From the NCBI GenBank assembly GCA_963717525.1, contig OY970343.1, positions 1,504,001 to 1,568,000 on the forward strand: 64,000 bases of DNA, written 5' to 3'. Source of the stretch: an uncultured Methanoregulaceae archaeon (GTDB lineage: Archaea > Halobacteriota > Methanomicrobia > Methanomicrobiales > Methanospirillaceae). Position 1 is the stretch's first letter, and every line of letters begins with the position of its first letter. The notes below the pieces were generated by a model. That model ran no database searches and was not told the DNA's origin. It saw nothing but the letters and a program-made list of their open reading frames with translations. This document shows, one piece after another, positions 10,569-20,311 of the stretch. The position numbers and the translations under genes are program-made.

Positions 10569-11118
10569 TTATCTGGGCCGTGCGCGTCTGGAGGGCGGGG
10601 AAAGAAGAGACTTGGCCTTCCTTTTTGGGGAGTCCTCCCGCCGTACCTGTGCAAGTTCAGGCTCAAACCACGCCCCGATACACTGCCTGACCACGCCTAG
10701 ACACGCATCACTGTCCAGGAATATCGCACCGATGATGGCTTCCATCGTATCGGCAAGGATCTTCTCTTCCCCGGACTTCCAGAGATCCTTTTCCCCGCGC
10801 CCAAGCCGGATGAACCGTTTGATCTTCATGCGCCTGCCGATCTTTGCAAGGCTGATATTATCCTCAAGTTGTTCCTTTGTCCGGGTTATCGCACCCTTTT
10901 CCTGGAGCCCTTTCTCCATTAAAAACAGGATCAGGCTGGTCTTGAGCACGGCATCCCCGAGAGTACGTATAGGCTTCCTGGGTCAGGCAGATCCGGTTCT
11001 GCTGGATAAGTTCGTTTGCATAGGCAGGATGCGTTAGCGCCCGGATCAGGTGCTGCCGCTCGAAAAAATGATAGCCTATGATACGCTCTATGGCCTGAAC
11101 ATCGTCCTTTTTTTCCAT
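10569..11118 (-). CDS. rnc: RNase III catalytic-domain protein without dsRBD; apparent +1 frameshift near 10968
   Basis: IERIIGYHF...RALTHPAY in one frame. Removing one base gives QEAYRTLGDAVLK, continuing to LADTMEAIIGAIFLD. Confidence 0.82.
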
Positions 11119-11157
11119 AATCTTCACTTAAGCCGTTAGCGGATGACGACATAAAGA

Positions 11158-11189
11158 CCTCGGCCCCTTTGAAGAGGCCGGGTTTTTTT
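11158..11189 (+). terminator. GC hairpin plus T-tract between msrB and rnc
   Basis: CGGCC-cctttgaaga-GGCCG followed by GGTTTTTTT. Confidence 0.4.
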
Positions 11190-11220
11190 GAGTGGGTGGG
11201 GCAGGATCAACCCACTGATC

Positions 11221-11703
11221 CTATTTCCCGGGCGTCTGCTGGAGGACAAGAGCCGCAGAGTTCATGCAGTAGCGTTTCCCCGTGGGTGGGGGCCCGTCAT
11301 CAAAGATATGCCCGAGGTGAGCCCTGCACCGTGAGCAGAGGACTTCGGTACGGACCATCCCCTGAGTTGTGTCTTTCCTCAAGGTGACATTGAGCGGAGA
11401 AACCGGTGCAGAGAAACTTGGCCAGCCGGTACCAGAGTCGAACTTTGCCTCTGAAAAGAAAAGGGCGGTCCCGCAGCAGGCGCAACGATAGATACCGTTG
11501 GCTTTGCAGTCATGGTACTGGCCGGTGAACGGATACTCGGTCTCCTGCTTTCGTGCCACGGCAAACTGCCGGGGGGTCAGCTGTGCCTGCCACTCTGCAT
11601 CGGACTTTTCGATCGATGCGACATATTCCACATCGTTCTTTTCCGGGTCAAAGATCGGAATGGTACTGCTTATGTTCCTTCCTTCTGAAATGCTCTTCTT
11701 CAT
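11221..11703 (-). CDS. msrB: Peptide-methionine (R)-S-oxide reductase
   Basis: TE.PFTG.Y, Cxx[40 protein letters not shown]. Confidence 0.95.
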   Translation of the reverse strand: MKKSISEGRNISSTIPIFDPEKNDVEYVASIEKSDAEWQAQLTPRQFAVARKQETEYPFTGQYHDCKANGIYRCACCGTALFFSEAKFDSGTGWPSFSAPVSPLNVTLRKDTTQGMVRTEVLCSRCRAHLGHIFDDGPPPTGKRYCMNSAALVLQQTPGK

Positions 11704-11778
11704 TTTCAGGAATACTGCCTCCTTCACATTCTCATCGGTACCTGGGATAATATAGACTTTCTGCCGGTCGCCATTGCG

Positions 11779-11976
11779 TTACATACCAAAGAAACCCAAG
11801 ATACGGCGTTTTGGATCCTTGTAGAAGATCCTCACTCCGTCTTTGATGTTCCGGACGTCCTCAATGGTGTAGAGGAGGTCCGGATACTCCCGGGAGATGA
11901 GGGAGAGCAGCCGGTGTTCTCTGGTTGACCGTGTATAAACCGCATAGAGCTCTATGCAAATCCGGCCTGTTACCAC
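11779..11976 (-). pseudogene. C-terminal remnant of a DUF2179-type protein
   Basis: LLSLISREYPDLLYTIEDVR resembles the C-terminal domain of that family; the N-terminal membrane part is absent. Confidence 0.45.
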
Positions 11977-12125
11977 AGCCGGGGTAAACCAAGATCCGTT
12001 GAAGTCGCTGTAAAAAACGGGTTAAATGATCCACAAATCAATTAGGAGCTCATTCGGACTGGAAGGAAACACTTTCACCATCCACGGCCGGGGCTTATCA
12101 GGGATCCCTTCAGAAAATTACGAGG

Positions 12126-12488
12126 ATGAGAAAAGGTGTGCACCTCGTAATAGGGATAATAGCGTTTTTTACATACGCATACCTGATCAACGATATCCAT
12201 GCAATTTCCACGGGTTTTTTTGTTCTCGGACTTTTCGCAGTTGTTGCCGGTTCAGCCATGCCGGATGTCCTGGAGGCACCCACCAGCTCAAGACACCGGG
12301 GGATCTTTCACAGCAGGCGGGCACTGAAATGTTCTGTGATCATATTCGGACTTACAGCGGCAATCGGTCTGTTATCATCACTGCCTTCATTGAGCACAGC
12401 CATCAGCTTTGGACTTTCCTGTTTTTTCCTCGGGTATTTCTTCCATCTCCTGGCAGACTCCACGACAAGAAGGGAACTCCCGGAATAA
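12126..12488 (+). CDS. Membrane-bound metal-dependent hydrolase (YdjM/DUF457-like)
   Basis: N-terminal H, GSAMPD, HRGIFHS and GYFFHLLAD motifs. Confidence 0.85.
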   Translation: MRKGVHLVIGIIAFFTYAYLINDIHAISTGFFVLGLFAVVAGSAMPDVLEAPTSSRHRGIFHSRRALKCSVIIFGLTAAIGLLSSLPSLSTAISFGLSCFFLGYFFHLLADSTTRRELPE

Positions 12489-12643
12489 AACGAAGGAATG
12501 GCAGTTCTACCAGATGAGTATGATAGTGCCGGACAGAACAAAACCTGCTAAAATTCTGTTGAGATCGCAGGGTATGAGATAAGGGCCGGTGGCAGCCTCC
12601 CGAAGATCAGGGTAGACCGGCTTTCGTAAAGAGACAGGTGGAT

Positions 12644-13613
12644 CTATCCTTTTTTACCCAGAACCCGGATGATCGCATCGCCGAACTCCCGGGTCCCGGC
12701 CGATCCCCCGATGTCCCGGGTCCGGATACCGGACGAAAGAACCGTGGTGATGGCAGCCTCTAACCGGGCAGAACCTTCATTGTCCCCAAGGTAGGCGAGG
12801 AGCATCGCTGCGCTCCGCAGGGCTGCAACGGGATTTGCACTGTTTTTCCCGGCAATATCCGGGGCGCTGCCGTGGACCGGCTCAAACAAGGCATACCGGT
12901 CCCCGATATTTGCGCTCGGCACAAGACCCAAGCCCCCGACAAGGTAGGAGGAGACATCAGAGAGGATATCGCCAAAGATGTTCGTGGTCACGATCACATC
13001 GTATGCCCCGGGATGCTGGAGGATATCGAGACTGAGGGCGTCGATGAACTTGTCATTGTACAGTTACTCCGGCCTTTTTTGCCTCCTCAATACAGATATC
13101 CCGGAAGAAAACGTCGGATTTGAGCACATTTGCCTTGTGCCCGATGGTGAGTTTTCCCTGCCGCTGACGGGCACACCGGATCGCCGCCCGCGCAATTCGT
13201 TCGGTTCCTTTCCGGGTCACCACCCGGAGCGTGGTCGCACGATCAGGACCAATCTCCTCGATTCCTGAGTACAGCCCTTCGGTATTCTCCCTGACGATCA
13301 TCAGGTCAAAGCCGTCACCCCGGACCGGTCGCAGGTTTGCGAACAGGTCAAGCGCTTTCCTGATCCTCAGGACAATACTCTGGTAATCTTTCATCGGCGG
13401 AGTCGTGACCGCCCCGAAGAGGACGGCATCCGCCGTTTTGAGTTCGGAGATGTCGCCATCTGCACAGGGGCATCCGGTCTGCTCCCAGCGCCCGTACCCG
13501 ACCTCGACCGGGAAATATTCGTACTCGGGATGGAGCAGTTCGAGAGCCTGCTGCGCAACCGGGATCACCTCGTGGCCGATCCCGTCGCCTTCGACAATGG
13601 CGATCCGCGTCAT
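12644..13613 (-). CDS. aksF: (Homo)n-isocitrate dehydrogenase AksF; apparent +1 frameshift near 13064
   Basis: GDGIGHEV, LFANLRP, RENTEGLY, HKANVLK, then after one extra base DKFIDAL...TTNIFGDILSD, FEPVHGSAPDIAGK. The aksF call rather than leuB rests on operon context. Confidence 0.8.
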
Positions 13614-14410
13614 TGTGCCCTCCACCGGCTGACCAGTTCCTGCACCGAACGTGCGATCTTTGCGGGACTTGCGCCCCAGTGGACGATCGCCCCGAATTTC
13701 CCCTTCCAGGTACCTAGTCCTTCCCGTTCAGACCGGCAACACCGGGCGATAAACGGTTCTTCTGCGACCTGCTCGAGGGGACAGATGTTTTCGAGCACAA
13801 AATCCGTCCCGTAGCACTCCGTGCAGAACTGTTTTGCCGTAAGACAGCCGGCTACCCGTTCGCCACCCTGCAGGGGATCGGCATCCAGTGTCCGTGTATA
13901 CCCGGCGGCCCGGCAGGGATAGACATCGGCAGGCACCGTTGTTATATCCCGGATATGGTGATCGAATACCACCGAGAGCTCCCCGAAGAGGCCGATCGCC
14001 TCCATCTCTTTCAAAGCCGCCGACAGGGTCGGCCGGGGCGGGAGAACATCGTAGACATGTACGGTGAGGAATCCCGAAAGATCGGGATCGAGCACAAACG
14101 TCATGTTCTCCTCAAGACCCGTGAAAACAGTACACCGGCACCCACTTTCTATCGCGAGACGCACCAGCCGGGCCCGGTCGTTGAGCTGCACTTTCTCCGG
14201 GTAATGACAGGCTTCCTCTGGTGTCGCCAGTATCCTCGACGAAATGATCTCCCGCATGACGTGATTTTTTGCCGGATCAAGGGAAACTTCGAGAAGTTCG
14301 CACCCCCGGTCTGTCTCCTTCAGGAGATACCGGCTCAGGGTATAGACCCGGTCGCCGCAGGGTCTGGCGGAGGCGACCCCGACAACCTTGCAGTGTTCAG
14401 GAAAGATCAC
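13610..14410 (-). CDS. Cys-rich conserved hypothetical protein inside the aks operon
   Basis: GTG start overlaps the aksE stop and its stop overlaps the aksF start; motifs YPCRAAG, AGCLTAKQFCTECYG, NICP, ARCCRSE, VHWG. Confidence 0.75.
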   Translation of the reverse strand: MIFPEHCKVVGVASARPCGDRVYTLSRYLLKETDRGCELLEVSLDPAKNHVMREIISSRILATPEEACHYPEKVQLNDRARLVRLAIESGCRCTVFTGLEENMTFVLDPDLSGFLTVHVYDVLPPRPTLSAALKEMEAIGLFGELSVVFDHHIRDITTVPADVYPCRAAGYTRTLDADPLQGGERVAGCLTAKQFCTECYGTDFVLENICPLEQVAEEPFIARCCRSEREGLGTWKGKFGAIVHWGASPAKIARSVQELVSRWRAQ

Positions 14411-14877
14411 CGGTGAGCCCTCCAGTACTCGACAAGGCCGCCGGCGTAAAGGATCTCCTGCATACGGGGAGACAATGGGTGGATTGTATGCCGTTTCCCA
14501 CCAGTGTCTACCCAGCCACCCGACAGGTCGAATATAACCGGGCTTCCTTCTTCGCAGGCCAAGTCCGACTCGATGAGGGGGAGCCCGATATTGATCGCAT
14601 TCCGGAAGAAAATCCGTGCAAAAGACGGGGCGATGACAGCGACAACCCCGGCTTCCCGGAGGGCTAGGGCAGCCTGCTCCCTCGAAGAGCCGCACCCGAA
14701 ATTTTTACCGGCGACAATCACGGCCCCTTTGAGCCGGGGGGCAAGCGCGGGGTCGAGATCCTCCAATACGTGGGTTGTCCAGATGCTCCGGTCCTTGGTC
14801 CGCAGGTACCGGCCGGCGATGATGAGATCGGTATCAATATCCGCCGGGAGACACACGGCGGTTCCTCTGCCCTGCAT
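14407..14877 (-). CDS. aksE: Homoaconitase small subunit
   Basis: DIDTDLII, NFGCGSSREQA, SFARIFFRNAINIG. The flexible loop reads YLRT, the homoaconitase-type determinant in methanogens. Confidence 0.85.
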   Translation of the reverse strand: MQGRGTAVCLPADIDTDLIIAGRYLRTKDRSIWTTHVLEDLDPALAPRLKGAVIVAGKNFGCGSSREQAALALREAGVVAVIAPSFARIFFRNAINIGLPLIESDLACEEGSPVIFDLSGGWVDTGGKRHTIHPLSPRMQEILYAGGLVEYWRAHR

Positions 14878-16088
14878 TATCCTGCCTCCGGCGAAGCGAT
14901 CTCCCCTTCAAGGGCGCTTGCTGCAGCTGTAGCGACAGAGCCAAGATAGATCTCCCCGCCGACACCCATACGGTTCCTGAAATTCCGGTTGGCAGTCGAG
15001 AGGCAGACCTCGCCTTCCCCGAGCACACCCATATGGTACCCGAGGCAGGGGCCGCACCCGGGCGTCCCGATGCTGCACCCGCCTCCAACGATATCGGCGA
15101 GCACCCCCGTGCGGATCGCCTTTTCGAGAACCAAGGCAGACGCCGGGACGACGATGGTCCGTACGGCCACCTTCCTGCCCCTGACCATCCGGGCGAACCG
15201 GGCGAGATCAGAATACCTGCCGTTCGTGCAGGTACCAACAAAGACCTGGTCAAGCGGCAGGCCTGCAAGGGTATCCACGGGCTTGACCGTGTCCACCCGG
15301 TGGGGGATAGCAACCAGCGGCACGATGTCGGCAAGATCCAGATCGAGTTCCTGACGGTACGAACACGGTGAGGCCTCCTGAGAGGAGACCTCATGCCCGT
15401 GCTCCTTCAGGTATCTGACGGTCACATCATCTGCATAAAAGAGCCCGGCCTTTGCCCCGGCTTCGACGGAAAGATTCGAGAGGACGAGGCGTTCGTCCAT
15501 GGAGAGGTGGCGCACTCCGTCCCCCACAAACTCGAGTGCCTGGTAGGTCGCCCCGTCCATGCCGAGTTTAGCCACGTAGGCAAGCGCGAGGTCCTTTGCT
15601 TCCGCCGCCCCCGTAAACCTCCCGGCCAGGTGGATACCCAACGATTCGGGGACACGGAACCAGGTCTCCCCGGTCAGCCAGATCGCTGCCATATCGGTTG
15701 CACCCACACCGGTAGCAAACGCCCCGAACGCCCCCAGCGTGACGCTGTGCGAGTCTGCCCCGACTACTATCTCACCGGGCAGGACTACCCCCTCCCCCAT
15801 CAGCTGGTGGCAGATCCCGCAACCGACATCGGAGAACTGCATGAAGGAGCTTCTCGCAAAATCCCTCAGCTCGTGCTGGAGGGTTGCCGTTGTGCCGTTG
15901 TTGGCCGGGGCGATATGATCAAACTGGATATAATACCCGGTCTCTTCTCCCAGCCGGTCTCCTCCCATCTCTTTCCAGGCTTCCAGAGCAAGGACGCCGG
16001 TCCCATCGTGGGCATATGCCCTGTCAACCTTCCGGTCGACGTATTCCCCTGCGGTTGCGCCAAGGATACGTTCGGAGAGCGTGCTCAT
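14877..16088 (-). CDS. aksD: Homoaconitase large subunit
   Basis: HDGT, GICHQ, GADSHS, VGTCTNGR, PGCGPCLG, STANRNF.NRMG aconitase-family motifs. Confidence 0.85.
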   Translation of the reverse strand: MSTLSERILGATAGEYVDRKVDRAYAHDGTGVLALEAWKEMGGDRLGEETGYYIQFDHIAPANNGTTATLQHELRDFARSSFMQFSDVGCGICHQLMGEGVVLPGEIVVGADSHSVTLGAFGAFATGVGATDMAAIWLTGETWFRVPESLGIHLAGRFTGAAEAKDLALAYVAKLGMDGATYQALEFVGDGVRHLSMDERLVLSNLSVEAGAKAGLFYADDVTVRYLKEHGHEVSSQEASPCSYRQELDLDLADIVPLVAIPHRVDTVKPVDTLAGLPLDQVFVGTCTNGRYSDLARFARMVRGRKVAVRTIVVPASALVLEKAIRTGVLADIVGGGCSIGTPGCGPCLGYHMGVLGEGEVCLSTANRNFRNRMGVGGEIYLGSVATAAASALEGEIASPEAG

Positions 16089-17216
16089 GCCGGGGTCTCC
16101 CGTTGCGCCCGCCGGATCAGTTTCCGGAGTATCTCGGGGGTGATGCTGCATTTCTGTTCGGAATGTTCCTTGACAAGGTCGAGGACGCGGCAGATCTGGG
16201 CCCCGGAGAGATCCTCGCCCAGTGACGCGATTACGTGCTCAAGCGCCTTTCTCCCGGTGTGCTTCCCAAGGATGAAGTGACGCTCACTGCCCACCAGGTC
16301 CGGGGGGAAGTACCTGGTACGTGGCAGGGTCTTCGAGGATTGCGGCGATGTGGATGCCACTCTCGTGCGAAAAGGCGAGTTCCCCTGTGACCGGCTTGTT
16401 CTTCGGGAGCGCTATACCTGAATACTTTTCCACCTTCCGGGAGAGGGCGAAGAGGTGCGAGAGGTCATACCGGTCGATGCCGCCCTTGGTTCGCAGGATG
16501 ACCAGTACCTCTTCAAGCGAGGCATTACCCGAACGTTCGCCAATACCGTTAACGGTCGTGTGCAGCTGGAAGGCCCCGGCCTGTGCCGCTGTGATCGTGT
16601 TTGCGACAGCGCAGCCCATATCGTTGTGGCAGTGGGCGCAGAACGGCCGGTCGACAGAAGAGACAAGATCGGTCATGATCGTGCGCATCTCGTCCGGGAT
16701 CAGGCATCCCACCGTATCGGCAAAACTGAGCAGAACAGCCCCGTGGTCGGCTGCCCTCCGGTATACTTCCTTGAGAAACACAAGGTCTGTCCGTGACGCG
16801 TCCTCTGCTGCAAACCGCACGGCAACCCCGTGGTCCCGGGCAAAATCAATCATCACAAGGGCATCCTCGAGCACCTTCTCCCGGGGTTTCTTGAACTTGA
16901 CCCGGACGTGGAGATCTGAGGTCGGGATAAAGATGGAGACCATGTCGACATCGCAGTCGATTGCTGTGGTGATATCCTCTTTTTTTGCCCGGGCAAAACC
17001 GCATATCCGGGCATCAAGCCCAAGGTTTGCGATGGTTTTTACACACTGTTTCTCGTTTTCAGAGACTGCCGGGAACCCGGCCTCGATTACTTCGACGCCG
17101 ACACAATCCAGTGTCCGGGCGATATCCACCTTCTCTTCGCAGGAGAATGACACGCCGGGTGTCTGTTCCCCGTCTCTCAGCGTTACATCACAGATCTCAA
17201 TATTCCACGGTTTCAT
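16085..17216 (-). CDS. aksA: Homocitrate synthase AksA; apparent +1 frameshift near 16313
   Basis: DVTLRDGEQTPG, HCHNDMG, GIGERSGNA, FSHESGIH, then YQ/YFPPDLVG...LGKHTG. No LeuA/CimA C-terminal regulatory domain. Confidence 0.85.
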
Positions 17217-18468
17217 GGTGTGCTCCCTTGGGGCATTCCGCCTCCACGACAATGGTCTTCGGTGCATCCGGGATATGGATCACCTCGTGGAGGCGGCGTT
17301 CATCATTCGCATGACAGAGGACCGGGTCGGCCCAGCGGATGTAAGGGACCGGATCGCTCACCTTCTGACCACCGGTCATCGCGGCGCAGTGATTCTTCAT
17401 CACGATGCACAGGAGCGGGAGTCCCTTCTCATACACATCGATAAGGGCATTCAGGCCCGAGTGGAGCAGTGCGTAGTCGCCGATCAACGCCACGTGTGTG
17501 CTTCGTGCAGCGACCGCGATACTTGACCCCATACCATAGCTGGCAACACCCAGTCCATAGGGGGGTTTCAGCCCGAATACCGAGCAACCCGCGTCGCAGA
17601 TCAGGTGCATGTCCCGTCCTTTGAGGATATCCAGCAGGGGCCGGTACGGGCAGTCTAAACAGAACGTCCGGCCAAATCCCCGGTCTTTTTGTGATTCCGG
17701 CCGCCCCTGCGGTCCCGGTGGCAGGATAGCCCGGTGATCCCGGACAAAGGACCGGCCGTACTCCTTCACCTCATGGAACGGTGCAGCACGGGCCGGTACC
17801 GGGTTCACGGTCACGACCCGGGAGTCCCCCGGCGCCGGACCGGCGCCCAGGGTATCCCCCTTCCACCGGTTCAGGGGCGATGCGTCCGACCATGCAAACA
17901 TCGTCCTAGAGATCTCTGCAGCAGCAGTGACCCTGCCATGCATGGTCCAGCTCCGGTCGGCGAGTCTTCCCATACCCTCATTCCGGAGAGCCGGGATTAC
18001 CGTGACCTCAGCGTCCAGCAGCTGCGGCGTGAGCCGGAGCATAGCAACCCGGGAGAAGGTCTCCGATGCAGTCAGCGCTGCTTCAACCCCGGCAAAACAT
18101 GTGGTCTCGTCAGGTTCGATCACGGGAATCTCCGCCAGTTCCCCGTAATACCGGGAGTCCTGTGCCGTCTGGGAGCCTTTAGATTCGGGATCGTCACCGA
18201 CGACAAGAAGTACTCCACCCCGGATACCCTGCACCGTGGCCTGGACAAGCGGGTCGGCGCAGGCGTTCACGCCAACGTTTTTTATAATGACGGCAGCTCG
18301 TCTGCCGGCGAGAGAATCGCCCAGTGCATATTCGAGGGCGGTCTTTTCGTTTATGACAAACTCTGCCCGGGTTAATGTGCCAAGTTCCGTCACCGGGAAA
18401 CCCGGGACGGTATACTGCCGGTCCGTTCCGGCAGAGATCGCTGCAGCCAGCGCCCCGACTCCCTTCAT
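17197..18468 (-). CDS. ThDP-dependent enzyme, shortened IorA-like (no ferredoxin tail, no beta/gamma partner)
   Basis: VPGFPVTE, NEKTALE, K.VGVN..ADP, GDDP...SQ..QDSR, FCLDCPYR, DAGC, and GDYALLHSG...N ThDP-binding motif. Confidence 0.85.
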   Translation of the reverse strand: MKGVGALAAAISAGTDRQYTVPGFPVTELGTLTRAEFVINEKTALEYALGDSLAGRRAAVIIKNVGVNACADPLVQATVQGIRGGVLLVVGDDPESKGSQTAQDSRYYGELAEIPVIEPDETTCFAGVEAALTASETFSRVAMLRLTPQLLDAEVTVIPALRNEGMGRLADRSWTMHGRVTAAAEISRTMFAWSDASPLNRWKGDTLGAGPAPGDSRVVTVNPVPARAAPFHEVKEYGRSFVRDHRAILPPGPQGRPESQKDRGFGRTFCLDCPYRPLLDILKGRDMHLICDAGCSVFGLKPPYGLGVASYGMGSSIAVAARSTHVALIGDYALLHSGLNALIDVYEKGLPLLCIVMKNHCAAMTGGQKVSDPVPYIRWADPVLCHANDERRLHEVIHIPDAPKTIVVEAECPKGAHHETVEY

Positions 18469-19433
18469 TCATCCCTCCCGGGCACAAGATCGCAGCCTGC
18501 ACAGGTCGTGCACATGGTAAGAGCACCGGCGGTATCCAGTCCGGCACGGGCAAGGGCCTGGCGGTGTATGGCAAAGAGTTTCCTGAGCCTCCCGGCAGAT
18601 GGCCGGGGTCTCCCGGCACATCCCGCCACCGGGTTGAGCGGCCGGAGCACCGGGATCACCCCACGCGACGTGAGCCGGTTGATGCAGGCCTCCATCTCTG
18701 CATCAGTCTCTCCAAGCCCTACGATAACATTGGAAAATACCCGGCCCTTACCGAAGAGTTCCACGGACCGGTCGAGAACCCGCCACAGGCAGTCGTAGTC
18801 AAGACCCGGGCACATCTCTGCAAAGAGCTCCGGGGTGGCCGCCTCGATATTGAATTTAACCTCTGTCACACCGAGGGCATGGAGCTTATCCGGGGTCTGG
18901 TCGGTCGGGTAGATTGACACACCAATGGGCAGGCCAAAGAACTTCAGGTGACCGATGACCTCACAGACATAGGACTCCTCCTCCCCGATGCTCTCCAGGA
19001 CACCGCTCGTGAGCGATATAGCGCCGACCCGGTGCCGGACCGATTCGACGAGATCCATGATCTCCTTTACGGTTTTACGTTTACCGGCAAGCCGGGGGAC
19101 AGAGCAGTAGCGGCAGGAGAAGATGCAGCCCTCCGTAACGGTAATAAAAGCCTGGTCCGGGCAGTGAAGCCCCGGCTGGAGGAGCCGGCCCGAAATCTGC
19201 CGGTCCTCAAAAAAGAGATCGGCAACCCCGCCCCCCCGGTGGGCGATCTCAACAGGGGACGCCGGGTTGATCGCAAGCTTGACCCGGTGGCTGCCCATGG
19301 CAAAAAAGACCGAGCCTTTTCCACCAGCGCCCGGGCCTGCCGTGGATTTTGCAAGGTAATCCTCTGCTGGTTCGCCGCTGAGCCGGGCAGAGCCGGCCTC
19401 GAGCAGCCGGGCCTTCAGTTCTTCCCACTGCAT
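18465..19433 (-). CDS. Radical SAM enzyme, biotin-synthase-related, with C-terminal CxxCxxC
   Basis: GCIFSCRYC SAM cluster motif; STAGPGAG N-terminal motif; HCPDQAF; SNVIVGLGE; MCTTCAGCD. Confidence 0.9.
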   Translation of the reverse strand: MQWEELKARLLEAGSARLSGEPAEDYLAKSTAGPGAGGKGSVFFAMGSHRVKLAINPASPVEIAHRGGGVADLFFEDRQISGRLLQPGLHCPDQAFITVTEGCIFSCRYCSVPRLAGKRKTVKEIMDLVESVRHRVGAISLTSGVLESIGEEESYVCEVIGHLKFFGLPIGVSIYPTDQTPDKLHALGVTEVKFNIEAATPELFAEMCPGLDYDCLWRVLDRSVELFGKGRVFSNVIVGLGETDAEMEACINRLTSRGVIPVLRPLNPVAGCAGRPRPSAGRLRKLFAIHRQALARAGLDTAGALTMCTTCAGCDLVPGRDE

Positions 19434-20311
19434 AGTTCCAGCGCCTCCTCGTACCGGATGAAGAACGGCAGGGCAGCCACCGCCCCGGTGATCCCCCGCC
19501 CGTTCATCACAATGCGGAGATGGGGATCTTTGAGAGTCTGCACACGATCCGGAGTCACTTCCCCGCGTTTTACGTCCTTTGCGTAATCCATGAGCTCGTC
19601 TGACAAGGAAAAACCGGTATAGACAGCCATGCCGGTCTTCTCTGAAAGGGTATATTTTTTGAGCAACTCGCAAAACCGCCTAACAAGTTGTTCCGGTACT
19701 GTCGTGGCAAATTCAGCGACAAGACTCACGCAGTTCTTGGTCCGGTACGCCACCGGGAAGAGCTGGACAATCGTATGCGAGAGATAGACAGATTGTTCAT
19801 CCTCAACCGCCCTTGCGATATTGTGGACAAGTGTCCACGTCGCTCCCTCTTCTGCCGTGTCGGTATCATCCACCCCAATCAGAATCCGCTGCCGCCGGGG
19901 CAGCCAGAGCGTGGCACCTGCCACTTTCCCCCCGCCGGAAGGATCACACTGTTCCCGCAGCACACCCCGTGCGGCAGCACGGCAGGAGGTTGCACCCACG
20001 CCACCGCCACCCATACCGATGTAGGTCACCGCAATCTCATTCCTGCTTACCGAGACCCCGGAGATTCCTGCGGGGAACCGGGATCCTTCGAGCGCAAGAT
20101 CGACGGCACCGGGACGGAGCAGGTACCGGGATGTCGATCCCACGCACCTGACACTCTTCACCAGAGGGCTCTGTGCATAATGATGCTGGGTCCACATTGC
20201 GCCCCCGATACAATCGAAGAATTCGATCAGCTCGACCTGGCTCGCGGTCTCATCCGCCACCGCAACGATCCGGGGATACCGGATCACGTACGGATCAGAG
20301 ATGCTCGCCAT
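19415..20311 (-). CDS. Methanogenesis marker protein 11-like (TiaS-type GxDDTD domain), paralogue B
   Basis: IGVDDTD..EEGATW, IVQLFPV.YRTKNC, NGRGITGAVAA; Gly-rich N-domain (GMGGGGVGA.SCR). Confidence 0.8.
   Translation of the reverse strand: MASISDPYVIRYPRIVAVADETASQVELIEFFDCIGGAMWTQHHYAQSPLVKSVRCVGSTSRYLLRPGAVDLALEGSRFPAGISGVSVSRNEIAVTYIGMGGGGVGATSCRAAARGVLREQCDPSGGGKVAGATLWLPRRQRILIGVDDTDTAEEGATWTLVHNIARAVEDEQSVYLSHTIVQLFPVAYRTKNCVSLVAEFATTVPEQLVRRFCELLKKYTLSEKTGMAVYTGFSLSDELMDYAKDVKRGEVTPDRVQTLKDPHLRIVMNGRGITGAVAALPFFIRYEEALELCSGKN

Noticed and set aside
12644..17216. Ordinary leucine or isoleucine biosynthesis operon (leuA/cimA, leuCD, leuB)
   Set aside because: The synthase lacks the C-terminal allosteric domain and the small subunit has the YLRT loop. 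This is not fully excluded without a phylogeny.
16321..17526. Long antisense ORFs (this 401-aa one, and 29212-30381, 31613-32584, 57807-58730, 61394-62266)
   Set aside because: These are shadow frames opposite well-supported GC-rich genes, with no recognisable motifs.
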